In this document: positions 49,969 to 59,365 of the stretch, in pieces
How positions within the stretch are numbered: the first letter of the stretch is position 1
How the letters are laid out: every line of letters starts with the position of its first letter
IMG/VR virus record: IMGVR_UViG_3300008108_000036
Length of the DNA stretch: 64,000 nt
DNA from: a virus
Direction: 5' to 3' (one strand)
Made by a program: the position numbers and the translations under genes
Notes under the pieces: generated by a model
Database searches by the model: none
What the model saw: the letters and a program-made list of their open reading frames with translations, nothing else
What the model was told of the DNA's origin: nothing

Positions 49969-51465
49969 TTAAAAAATTCCATCAAGTTCTGGAAGTTTTT
50001 CTCTTAATCCTCTAAACTGAATTTCTTCATCAATTTGTTCTTGAGTATATCCTTCGATGGTATATTTTGATGCTTTAGGCAAACCAGACAACGACTTTGG
50101 TTTTTTATGAACGTACAATTGTCCTAATATTGTTGTATTGCTACATTCGAATGAATCTAATTCAAACTTAACAATGACTTTATTTAAATTATCAGGAAGC
50201 CCTTTTAACGTTTTAAGTGTTGCTCCACAACTTTCGTTAAGAAATAAAGTAATATTAGAAGGACACCCATCTAATGTCTCTAATCGCAATAACCTTGAGT
50301 TGTCGGTAAGCATACTGTTGTATGTGCCAATTTCTAGTTCTTTTAAGTCGTGAAAAGTCTCTAGTCCTTTTAGGCTTTTAATTAATGGAGCTTTATATAA
50401 TTCTATCCTATCGACTTTTGTATTATTATCTGTTGAAAGAGATACAAGTTGATCTCCTTGAATATGAATTTTAGGAACAGATAATGGACAATTATTTAAA
50501 TTTGTTGCAACAGCATCATTGAACGAAAACACATAAGATTTTAGATGATACTCTCTAATTAAACTTCTGTCTTCGGGTTTGATAAAATTTAAGCTGTCAA
50601 AATCAATTGAGTTAGTTAAAACTTTTCGCTCTCCATCGGTTTTTAATTCGCCGCATATTTCAAGTAAGTCTTTTGCTGTGAGTTTGTCTAACGACAAAAG
50701 TTTATTAAAATTTTCAAATTTAGGTTTTATATTTACTTTTTCTGATTCTTTTTGTATTTTAGCATATGAGGCTTGAGTTAATTTAAAAAGTTTATTTACA
50801 AGAGCTAATGGCTTCTGTTCGATATTTAAATCTTGTTTATTATTTAGAAAAAATTTTAAACTAGGAAAAATTATTTGATATGGTGAGTAATCTTTAGTTA
50901 GTAGTTTTTTTGTTAAAGGATCGTTGTAACGTATAATAGAAAATTGATTAAATCCTTGTTTTTTTAAATTTGTATTACAATGGCTTTCAAAGGATACTTC
51001 TGAGTCAGTTCTAACAGCTAGCACTGTTATGATTTGAGGTTTATATTCCGCTGTCTTAAAACTAATTGGAGTTTCTAGCCATTTGAAATTGAAAGGCTCT
51101 TTTGTATAAATATCTTTAAGCGTTTTTTCAAGTTTGGGAAGCGTTTTATATTCTGTTGAAAATGCGGTAGACTTAAGCCTTAAATCATCAATCGAATCTT
51201 CTATGTTAACGTTATTTCGATATTTTAATGCAATTTCTTTCGTTTTATATGGTCCTCTTAAATACTTCTTTTTTGTTACGAATAATGTACCGTTTTCAAA
51301 TTCAATTAAATAGTCTCCAGCTCCGTAATATTTAGATCTGTAGCCAACAACTTGACCCAATTGCCCTCCATAGCTTCCATATCCCTTTATAATCCAATCC
51401 CCAATAGCAAATTTCGAATTCTTTGGAATTGGTGACGCGTAAAAATTTTTATTTAAGACTCTCAC
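49969..51465 (-). CDS. C-tagged protein: KOW-like N-domain plus LRR-like C-domain
   Basis: N-domain shared with 22249; SLKGL repeats; ends EKLPELDGIF*. Confidence 0.8.
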   Translation of the reverse strand: MRVLNKNFYASPIPKNSKFAIGDWIIKGYGSYGGQLGQVVGYRSKYYGAGDYLIEFENGTLFVTKKKYLRGPYKTKEIALKYRNNVNIEDSIDDLRLKSTAFSTEYKTLPKLEKTLKDIYTKEPFNFKWLETPISFKTAEYKPQIITVLAVRTDSEVSFESHCNTNLKKQGFNQFSIIRYNDPLTKKLLTKDYSPYQIIFPSLKFFLNNKQDLNIEQKPLALVNKLFKLTQASYAKIQKESEKVNIKPKFENFNKLLSLDKLTAKDLLEICGELKTDGERKVLTNSIDFDSLNFIKPEDRSLIREYHLKSYVFSFNDAVATNLNNCPLSVPKIHIQGDQLVSLSTDNNTKVDRIELYKAPLIKSLKGLETFHDLKELEIGTYNSMLTDNSRLLRLETLDGCPSNITLFLNESCGATLKTLKGLPDNLNKVIVKFELDSFECSNTTILGQLYVHKKPKSLSGLPKASKYTIEGYTQEQIDEEIQFRGLREKLPELDGIF

Positions 51466-51524
51466 TGTTATATATATTTATTTATTATTTGACTTTTAGC
51501 TCTTCTAAACATTATTACTTAGTA

Positions 51525-51779
51525 ATGGAAGAAGAAACGGTATACACAGTAAAAGGAAGTTCTAGTGTAAATAAATTAGAAGTAACATTAGGGTCTTTTG
51601 AAAATCCAAACGATGCATATGATTTTATTAAATTATGTTTTAATGAGTCATTACATAATAAAGAATCATATTACAATTGGACCAAATATACTATAAATGA
51701 AGAGCGAAACGGGCAACATATAAAAGATATTACATATGATCCCGACTACGCAAGTAAAAAATTAATGTCATCTAACTAA
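51525..51779 (+). CDS. hypothetical protein
   Basis: start re-assigned to ATG 51525 after TTGACT at 51489. Confidence 0.55.
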   Translation: MEEETVYTVKGSSSVNKLEVTLGSFENPNDAYDFIKLCFNESLHNKESYYNWTKYTINEERNGQHIKDITYDPDYASKKLMSSN

Positions 51780-52016
51780 ATTAATTTTACTCTACTAGCA
51801 AATCATTTAATCTAAGAAGCGTATTATAGCAATGTTCTAATTTTGCTAAGGAAACCAAAGAATTACTTTCTCTAGGATATGTCTTTAAATCTTCTGAATG
51901 ACTTTTTACTAAATCCTTAAGCAAAGAAATTTGGTTTTCAGTATTTGTAATTAGTTCACGTATTTCCATAACCGAGATTGTATTAAAAAATTTACTATAC
52001 GAAAATTAATTTTTAA

Positions 52017-52304
52017 TTAAATTTGAATCGTGTTTTGTTTAGTTTCTGCAACTTCAGTCAATTTATTAAATGCATCGAATGATATTTTACTTGCTGAAAG
52101 GGCGGGATGTCCTTCGATTATGTTTGCTAAGGTTTGATTAAGGTCTTTTAGTTGATTCACATAAATTTCTCTAGAATCTTTTGTTGCATCGATGATTTCC
52201 GAAGCAGTACGATATTCCGACAATAAAATTTGAAGTATCGACTCCAAGTCGTTTATTTTACTTTTAATGCTTCCAACTAATTGATTAATGGTTTGAAAAC
52301 TCAT
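52017..52304 (-). CDS. hypothetical coiled-coil protein
   Basis: ORF with TATAAATA upstream. Confidence 0.55.
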   Translation of the reverse strand: MSFQTINQLVGSIKSKINDLESILQILLSEYRTASEIIDATKDSREIYVNQLKDLNQTLANIIEGHPALSASKISFDAFNKLTEVAETKQNTIQI

Positions 52305-52334
52305 TTTTAAAGTTTAGCATTATTTATAAAAAAC

Positions 52335-52730
52335 TCAACGTCTGTAATCAGCGGAATTAAAAAGCCCTTGAGCAATTTCATCTTCACGGTTTGTGTTTTT
52401 AGGTAAAATTGTTACAAACTCAACATTGTCTGCAGTGATATATCCAATTCTGCCGCTTTCTGTACTAACTTTAACCCAGGTTTTAGTTTTTTCGAGAACT
52501 TTTAAGTTTGTTCCATTTAGGATAGTAATAGGAGGAAATGCCCCTTCTGCATCAAACATCAATGCTCCAGAATTGTTTGTTCTCACTAAACAATATTCTA
52601 GTTGTTCGGGAGCTTTTTTAGAAAACTCTTCATAAAGTGTATACGTTTTTTCGTATAAAGCAATAGCTGTCGTAATTAAACAGGACACTACAATCAATAT
52701 TATACAAGCAACATTTAGCGTTCGCATCAT
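52335..52730 (-). CDS. membrane-anchored SH3b-like domain protein
   Basis: TM helix; L.VLEK..WVKV....GRIGYI. Confidence 0.65.
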   Translation of the reverse strand: MMRTLNVACIILIVVSCLITTAIALYEKTYTLYEEFSKKAPEQLEYCLVRTNNSGALMFDAEGAFPPITILNGTNLKVLEKTKTWVKVSTESGRIGYITADNVEFVTILPKNTNREDEIAQGLFNSADYRR

Positions 52731-52777
52731 TGTTTATTTATTTGTGATACAAACAAAATGCAAATCTTTTTAAATAG

Positions 52778-53260
52778 TCAAGAAGAGGTTAGCGTTGAGT
52801 CTTGTTCCTGCCAGTACTGCTCAGTTTGTTCATTACAAGCAGTAAAATGCAACTCTCTTGCTTTTTTTCTGCATAATGTTTTATACCACCCTCCGCGTTT
52901 ACAAGGAACTCCGTATTCTCCAGTTTCTTCGCATATGCTTGAGGAGGTTTCTTCGGCTTTATCAATGATGTCATGCAAGATTTCATCTTCGATATTTGTT
53001 GCTCCACTAGTACTTGCATAAAACCGTAACGTTCCAAACTTTTCTTTAATTTGATTTGCTGTTATTTGAACTTCCTTTCCGTCTTTAGAGCATAAATCAC
53101 AAAAATGTTGAAGTTTTTCCATACATTTATCTAAAAGATTAAACCAGCCATCGCCACATTCCATTCCCCAAGCCATACATGTTTTGCTCATATCCCCACG
53201 ATAATCTTTAAGAATTTTTGGATATTTGCTTACTAACTGTTGTTCGAGATCTCTATTCAT
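52778..53260 (-). CDS. conserved phage hypothetical protein
   Basis: ECGDGW, QIKEKFGTLRFY, CE.TG..G, GGW.KTLC. Confidence 0.75.
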   Translation of the reverse strand: MNRDLEQQLVSKYPKILKDYRGDMSKTCMAWGMECGDGWFNLLDKCMEKLQHFCDLCSKDGKEVQITANQIKEKFGTLRFYASTSGATNIEDEILHDIIDKAEETSSSICEETGEYGVPCKRGGWYKTLCRKKARELHFTACNEQTEQYWQEQDSTLTSS

Positions 53261-53424
53261 ATGCCATAAAATACGTTAATTTTGTCTGTTGTCAACGCTC
53301 GGAAATATGAGTAGAAAATAAATGTATTTCAAGCACTCTGTTCAGATCAATATTGTAGAGCAAAAACTTCAAAGCTAATAAATTGGCTAACCGCATAAAT
53401 TAAGCAAAGGTTGTATAATACTGA

Positions 53425-55422
53425 TTGAGTCTCACTTTTTATGCAGCTAAAATGGTAAGACTTAAAATAAACCCGCATAAAATCAGGAAAGTCATATTAA
53501 GTATGATTGTCATGAAACCTATAATGCCCAGTTTAACAACTAAACAACAGCAGCTAATCCATAATGATTACGGATTTAAGAATAGTATCTTAATTGTCAA
53601 TTTTAATTATGCCCAACACGTTATACATAAAGATTATTTAAAAGAACTATATAATTCTCATTTTAAAAAAATTATCTTTTATTCAGACGTTGGTAACGGA
53701 TTACAAGATGAAGAGGTAAATTATATTTACACTTGTCGTGGTCAACTCACTCAAGGAATATTTAAACATTTTTATCATAAATATTACAACGACGTAGACT
53801 CTTCAGACGGTATATTCTATACTATGGATGATAATATTTTAAACCTCAATACATTAAATTTGTATAGAAACGATAAAGTTATATGTTTTCTTTCATCGAA
53901 TCTTGGCGAGTTAATAGATCTTAATTCTCTAATCAATTCTTGTTGGTTTAAGGATACTGAATTTGGAGTTGAAGCAATATTGTCTCTTTTCCACAATCAA
54001 GAGTATATACAAAAATTTAAGTGGAAGGATGGAATCCATTCTCTTAGTGATTATTTTTTTATACCACGAAAACATTTTAATCAAGATTTTGTTGATGCAA
54101 TGGATATTTTTGCAAAAATGAAGGTTTTCCTCGAGATTGCAATTCCAACTATTATAAGTCATCTTATACCTAATAAAAATGATTATCAATTATTTGGACA
54201 TGCTACCTATCTGTGGAATAAGTTAAGGCAAAATTTAACAAATTTTTCTTATATAAAGAATTCTTTTAACCAAACCCACACATTTGCTTTACATCCTTTA
54301 AAATTTAATAGTGCTTCTACCGATTATCAACATGTACCAGAAACAAAACAATGGCTACGGGATATTTTTTGCAAAAAAAAATGTGTAGTTATAACAACAA
54401 TAAATTCACCAAGTGAGACAATATTAAAACATGTTTTAAATGAAGAGTATGACACCATTATTGTAGCAGATGAAAATACACCTTCAGGAGAATATCGAGA
54501 TTTAAACTGCATTTATTTAGACATTGATTCACAATATCGTTTATTTCCTGAATTGAGTAAGTTAATTCCGTTTAATCATTATTGCAGAAAAAATCTTGGT
54601 TATTTGTATGCCATTCAAAAAGGATACGAAGTTATATACGAAACCGATGACGACAATATTCCAAACAATGATTTCGATAAATGTTTAATAAATAAGAGCG
54701 AAAATGCATTGCTGGTTAAGCAAATAAACAGTCAGTGGATAAACATCTTCAATCTTTTTTTTGGAGATACTATAAACTTATGGTTGAAAGGACTGCCTTT
54801 ATCAGAGGCTCAACGACAAAATAATAGTATATGGCCTAGAGGTCTTCCACTTTCTCAAGCATATAAATCTACAGAGTTTGCTGTTGAATATACAAATACA
54901 CAACCTTCGATTATTAATGGTCTCATAGAGAACGAACCTGACGTAGACGCTATTTACAGATTAACTCATGCACATAAAAATATACATTGGAGTCATTGTC
55001 AAGATATAGTTGTAGATAATAAAAATATTTGTCCATTCAATACCCAAAATACATTTTGGATCGATAAAGATATATTTGCTTGTTTATTGATCCCTTCTTC
55101 GGTATCTTTTAGATATTGCGACATATTAAGAGGCGTAATAACAAATATAATATTAAAGAAACTAAATAAAAATTTAATGTTTGTTGCTCCTAATGTAGTT
55201 CAAAATAGAAACAACCACGATACATTTAAAGATTTAGAGAGTGAAATAGAAATGTACAAACACAATGAGTATATTGCTGATATAATCGAAGAAAATACTG
55301 AAGGATTAATTTCAACACGGGATTTACTTAAACAAATTTATAAAAACTTGCTAAATCAAAATATAATTAAACAACTAGACATTGATATTTTAAACATTTG
55401 GCTAGAATATTTTGTAAAATAA
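53425..55422 (+). CDS. STELLO/DUF288-like glycosyltransferase (true start likely ~53503-53524)
   Basis: VITTIN.P, RKNLGYLYAI..G...IYETDDDN, PRGLP, PDVDAIYRL, PFNTQNT, FRYCDILRG; FLEIAIPT in the N-half. Confidence 0.8.
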   Translation: MSLTFYAAKMVRLKINPHKIRKVILSMIVMKPIMPSLTTKQQQLIHNDYGFKNSILIVNFNYAQHVIHKDYLKELYNSHFKKIIFYSDVGNGLQDEEVNYIYTCRGQLTQGIFKHFYHKYYNDVDSSDGIFYTMDDNILNLNTLNLYRNDKVICFLSSNLGELIDLNSLINSCWFKDTEFGVEAILSLFHNQEYIQKFKWKDGIHSLSDYFFIPRKHFNQDFVDAMDIFAKMKVFLEIAIPTIISHLIPNKNDYQLFGHATYLWNKLRQNLTNFSYIKNSFNQTHTFALHPLKFNSASTDYQHVPETKQWLRDIFCKKKCVVITTINSPSETILKHVLNEEYDTIIVADENTPSGEYRDLNCIYLDIDSQYRLFPELSKLIPFNHYCRKNLGYLYAIQKGYEVIYETDDDNIPNNDFDKCLINKSENALLVKQINSQWINIFNLFFGDTINLWLKGLPLSEAQRQNNSIWPRGLPLSQAYKSTEFAVEYTNTQPSIINGLIENEPDVDAIYRLTHAHKNIHWSHCQDIVVDNKNICPFNTQNTFWIDKDIFACLLIPSSVSFRYCDILRGVITNIILKKLNKNLMFVAPNVVQNRNNHDTFKDLESEIEMYKHNEYIADIIEENTEGLISTRDLLKQIYKNLLNQNIIKQLDIDILNIWLEYFVK

Positions 55423-55449
55423 AACATTAATATTGTATGTCGTCGACGG

Positions 55450-55746
55450 TTAAAATCCATCTAAATTATTTGGATTGCTTTGCCAACAATTATTAGCAAA
55501 ATCCCAGTGTCGACTATCATAAATTTGTGCATAAAGTTCTACGCCAAGCAAACTAATTGCAAGTCTAATCCCCGCATGATCTTCTTTAAAACTAACCTTA
55601 AATTCTAAATTTAGTAAGTGATAAGAATCTCTGAGGCACTCAAATTCAAAGTATTTGTATTCAGTAAGTTTTTTATGAAATGAAAAAAAACCTTTAAAAT
55701 TGTTTTTTTTATAAAAAAAATTTTTAATTGAAAAATTAAGGTACAT
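55450..55746 (-). CDS. phage hypothetical protein
   Basis: DHAG..IYDSRHW motif. Confidence 0.65.
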   Translation of the reverse strand: MYLNFSIKNFFYKKNNFKGFFSFHKKLTEYKYFEFECLRDSYHLLNLEFKVSFKEDHAGIRLAISLLGVELYAQIYDSRHWDFANNCWQSNPNNLDGF

Positions 55747-56011
55747 AAATTACTAATCGAGAAGCGACGCTAAAAAATTTATCCTTTATGAATTCAGCAA
55801 ATTTACGCGTCTTCGTTTTAGGTTTTCTGGTAGCAAGATCATAAGTAACCGAAATAATTCTTTCGAAGTATTGTTGTTGTTTTTCTTTTGGCCAATGGTG
55901 TGCTACATTAACCGAATTCATGAGATCACCAACTATGTCTTTACAATCTTTTGTTAATGGTTTACAAACTCTCCATTCTCCATCAGTATAATAATCGTAA
56001 CGTTTTTTCAT
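55736..56011 (-). CDS. hypothetical protein
   Basis: ORF in run. Confidence 0.55.
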   Translation of the reverse strand: MKKRYDYYTDGEWRVCKPLTKDCKDIVGDLMNSVNVAHHWPKEKQQQYFERIISVTYDLATRKPKTKTRKFAEFIKDKFFSVASRLVIYVP

Positions 56012-56026
56012 ATTTTTAAAAATAAT

Positions 56027-56248
56027 TTATGATTTTCTGGGCAATAAAAGTGCTGGCTTTCCTTTTAATTTTAAGTAGTCTTCGTGATATTCTCCCTCCC
56101 AGGTTTTCTTTTTTGATTCGGAATTAGGAATAATAAGCACTTCTTTAATTTTATCTACTTCATCAAAACCGCATTCATACCCATCAACAACAACTATCAG
56201 CTCAGGATTTTTTTCACTCAGCAACTGCATTAAATCTTTGACTTTCAT
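56027..56248 (-). CDS. phage hypothetical protein
   Basis: MKVKDL..L...P...VVVDGYE.G. Confidence 0.65.
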   Translation of the reverse strand: MKVKDLMQLLSEKNPELIVVVDGYECGFDEVDKIKEVLIIPNSESKKKTWEGEYHEDYLKLKGKPALLLPRKS

Positions 56249-56249
56249 A

Positions 56250-57338
56250 CTAGTTGGTAAGCTGCTCTTTTATAAGTTTGATCCATTGCAGACTGGTTAG
56301 AGGCTTGTTGTCTAATAGAGTAAAAGCATAAGAAGAGTTTGAAGAAAAATTTCTTTTTATCATTTCAGCCTGCTCTTTTCTCGTTTTAACATTTCTAATA
56401 TCGTGTACTACGCTCATCACTTTGCTTATGTATTCTTTTGCTAAAATTCCAGCATCAACTATTTTATGTATTTGGTCAGTCAATTGAACAGCAATTTCAA
56501 AATCAAAGTTCGTTTTAATTTTTTCGAAAAATTCTTCAAAATCAGGCAATTCAGATTCAATATAATAATCAATTAAATTATCTTCAGAGTTTAATTGAGA
56601 TTTGACTCGATGGCAAAACAGATACCAATCAGATTTTAATTTTATTCTGTTTTGATTGTTATTATAACAAACAACTACCCCTTCTTGCCCCTTCCAATGC
56701 TTTATCGCATTTGCTAAATCTGCAATTGTTTTAAGCTCTTCGATTTGAAAGGTTTTTGGAGTTGGCATGCAGCCGATTTGTCTCCAAATATCCAATACAT
56801 TTTGTTGACAAACTATTTGCATACAACTTTTATTAATTGCTCCAAGAAAATAAAATTCAACCTCTTTTGGTCGTATTACAATGACGTTGTTTGGAGTTAC
56901 TATTTCAAACAACAAAGTTAAATGAGAATTGTTTTTTAAAAATTCTACAACTTTTGGGTATTTTGTACACAATAAAGTGAAGTCCTGTGAATTGTCTTGC
57001 TGGAGATAATTAAAACAGCCTCTCGTTCTCATAGAGAATTGACCATTTACGTGATCCACGATTAACAACGAACCGTCTAACTTTTCTTGTATTGACCAAT
57101 CTTTAAACTCTTCTGGATTAGGATACAATGAGGAAGCTTCGCCTAAATTAAAAAATTTTGGCCAACCGCAAGAAAGTACTTGTTGGGTTTCTCTACCAAC
57201 TATTAAAGAACGGTAAAATAAGTTATTCGAATTCCATTCAGCACTAATTTTGGGTGTAATTAAGTATGAATCTATACCGCAAAAAACTCCTTCGTTTATA
57301 TAAAACTGTTCGTTTTCGGTTGGCAACTTAACTTTCAT
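56250..57338 (-). CDS. T4 Rnl1-like RNA ligase
   Basis: KFFN, EKLDGSL (motif I), LFE, EGVVV, RIKLKS. Confidence 0.85.
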   Translation of the reverse strand: MKVKLPTENEQFYINEGVFCGIDSYLITPKISAEWNSNNLFYRSLIVGRETQQVLSCGWPKFFNLGEASSLYPNPEEFKDWSIQEKLDGSLLIVDHVNGQFSMRTRGCFNYLQQDNSQDFTLLCTKYPKVVEFLKNNSHLTLLFEIVTPNNVIVIRPKEVEFYFLGAINKSCMQIVCQQNVLDIWRQIGCMPTPKTFQIEELKTIADLANAIKHWKGQEGVVVCYNNNQNRIKLKSDWYLFCHRVKSQLNSEDNLIDYYIESELPDFEEFFEKIKTNFDFEIAVQLTDQIHKIVDAGILAKEYISKVMSVVHDIRNVKTRKEQAEMIKRNFSSNSSYAFTLLDNKPLTSLQWIKLIKEQLTN

Positions 57339-58096
57339 TGAAATAGAAGTTTAATAGGTTTAAACGGTTTTTCAATTATTACAAAAAAAGTTCCTGCCTC
57401 TTCCTCTATAGCATATTGAGAGCCTTGCGGAAGAGGAGTTCGTTTAAATCCTTTATCGATTACATTCCAAACTTCGCTATATTGTTTATTTTGGACTAAT
57501 TGTTTTATTTTTTGTTGATATCGTTGTGGTATTTTTACTTTTTTTATGGGTTTCCAGTATTTTTTTGTTTCTGGATCAATTACTTTCGCACTAGGAACGC
57601 CAGAAATATTAAGAACACCGTCACCATCCACACCCATATCTCTATAACCGTTGTTTCGCTCATAATGTAAATACTCTTGAAGTGCTTTTTTGATCTCCCA
57701 TGCAATCGTGCCACGTGTCATTTCTTTGCAACCGACTCCAAAGGAAGAATTAGCATGATCTAAATGAGGTCTTGCCTTTTTTTGCTTCCACTCTTCGCTT
57801 TCTTCTACAACGCTCCCATTCTCATCGTATACGTTGTTGTATTGATCATAAAAACCTCCGTGACCATCATACTCTCTTTTAAGATTTTTTGGAAACGCTG
57901 CATATCTTATAGTATTTTCGATGTGATTTCTCTCGTCATGGGTAAGCCATCTATCAGCATAAACTTCATCCATAGCAATTGAAACTTGACCGGATTGCAG
58001 CCGGGAATATGTTTCTAAAGCCGAAATAATTACAGGTAAATGTTCTGCATCAAACTCTACTTGAATTTTTTTAGAAACGGTCTTCGAAGTTTTCAT
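57335..58096 (-). CDS. hypothetical protein
   Basis: 253 aa ORF; ALETYSRLQSGQ. Confidence 0.65.
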   Translation of the reverse strand: MKTSKTVSKKIQVEFDAEHLPVIISALETYSRLQSGQVSIAMDEVYADRWLTHDERNHIENTIRYAAFPKNLKREYDGHGGFYDQYNNVYDENGSVVEESEEWKQKKARPHLDHANSSFGVGCKEMTRGTIAWEIKKALQEYLHYERNNGYRDMGVDGDGVLNISGVPSAKVIDPETKKYWKPIKKVKIPQRYQQKIKQLVQNKQYSEVWNVIDKGFKRTPLPQGSQYAIEEEAGTFFVIIEKPFKPIKLLFQ

Positions 58097-58099
58097 CTA

Positions 58100-58666
58100 T
58101 TATTCTTCCTTTTGTTGTCGATCAGGTATTATAAACAATTCTTCCGAATTAAGACAACGCATTTTCCAATTTGCTATGGGAGTCTTAATGTCTATATTTA
58201 AAATTTGTGATGCAAAACCTAAAATTCTTAAGTTAGGCCAAGCTACAGGTCTAACTTTTAAAATTTCTGTTAAGGCTTGTTCTGCAGTTCTGCCTGACAT
58301 TACTAGCGCAGTAATACCAATAGCTGTTGATCTTGAAATACCAGCAAAACAATTTACTCCTAAACAATGCGGCTTAAGATCTTGCGTATAAGGTTTAATA
58401 AATGTTATAATGTTTTGAATGTGCTGTATTTGAGGGGCTTCGCGTTTTAAATGTTCCCACTCTATTCCGTCATCATCAGACCAATCTGCAAAAAATTGAT
58501 GAAAAAACTTTACATTTTTTTCTTGAAAATTTTTTCTCATCCGATTTATTTGTTTTCTATCTTCTTCTCCAACAACCGATATCCAAACATCCCATTCGGT
58601 GTTGTTTTTATTATAGCTGTAACTTTCAGCATCAGCTAAATTTGTTATTTTTATTTTATTAATCAT
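58100..58666 (-). CDS. protein-tyrosine/dual-specificity phosphatase-like protein
   Basis: NCFAGISRSTA (CX5R), RP.AWPN; TTGACA-17-TATTGT upstream. Confidence 0.8.
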   Translation of the reverse strand: MINKIKITNLADAESYSYNKNNTEWDVWISVVGEEDRKQINRMRKNFQEKNVKFFHQFFADWSDDDGIEWEHLKREAPQIQHIQNIITFIKPYTQDLKPHCLGVNCFAGISRSTAIGITALVMSGRTAEQALTEILKVRPVAWPNLRILGFASQILNIDIKTPIANWKMRCLNSEELFIIPDRQQKEE

Positions 58667-58675
58667 CTACAAGCA

Positions 58676-58704
58676 ACAATAAACGCAAAAAATGGTTTTG
58701 TCAA
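58676..58704 (-). promoter_or_regulatory. sigma70-like (early) promoter
   Basis: TTGACA-17-TATTGT, 9 nt before ATG. Confidence 0.55.
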
Positions 58705-58708
58705 CAAC

Positions 58709-59365
58709 TTAAACCTTCCATGCATTGAGAGTATGCTTAAATGGGCTACCATTTATTTGCTGAACCAGTCTCAGCATGCTTTGAGCAATTTCTCTAATTT
58801 CTTTTTGAGCATGTTCGCTGTGTCGTAATTTAAGAAAATTTGCAAAACTTCTCATGTTAAACATAACATCAGATTGTATTTGCGAATTATAAGTTTTAAA
58901 AAACCTAGCAGATTCTTTGGCTCGTTTTCTCCCTACCAAGGGCTCTAAATCCTTTATGCATGCATGATAATATGTATTACCTAAATCTGTATATATTTCT
59001 AACAATCTTTTCCAAGTCATATTTGGATCTCCTCCTTTTAAAGATAAAACCCTTACTCCTTCCCAATCGTCAGGAAGATATGTTTTATCTTCTTTCAATT
59101 CTTTATATCTTGCTGACTCTGCATTGATGCTAGCTATTCTGTGTTTAAGTAAATGAATATGACTTGCAATATCACAATCTATTAAAAAGTGAACCGTAGC
59201 TTTTTCAAAGGGAGTTTCATGACCATTTTCCCAAAGAGTTCTAATCAAGTTTCCGACTCTGCCTTTTTTCTCTTCCGTTAATTCTCTTGATGTGGAAGTC
59301 CAAGCAGAGCATGCAATAATTTCGTCTGAGCCATAATGGCCAATTAATTCAACTCGATTTTCCAT
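58709..59365 (-). CDS. thyX: flavin-dependent thymidylate synthase
   Basis: GHETPFE, KHRIASINAESARY, N.RS..NFL.LR...HAQ.EIR. Confidence 0.9.
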   Translation of the reverse strand: MENRVELIGHYGSDEIIACSAWTSTSRELTEEKKGRVGNLIRTLWENGHETPFEKATVHFLIDCDIASHIHLLKHRIASINAESARYKELKEDKTYLPDDWEGVRVLSLKGGDPNMTWKRLLEIYTDLGNTYYHACIKDLEPLVGRKRAKESARFFKTYNSQIQSDVMFNMRSFANFLKLRHSEHAQKEIREIAQSMLRLVQQINGSPFKHTLNAWKV

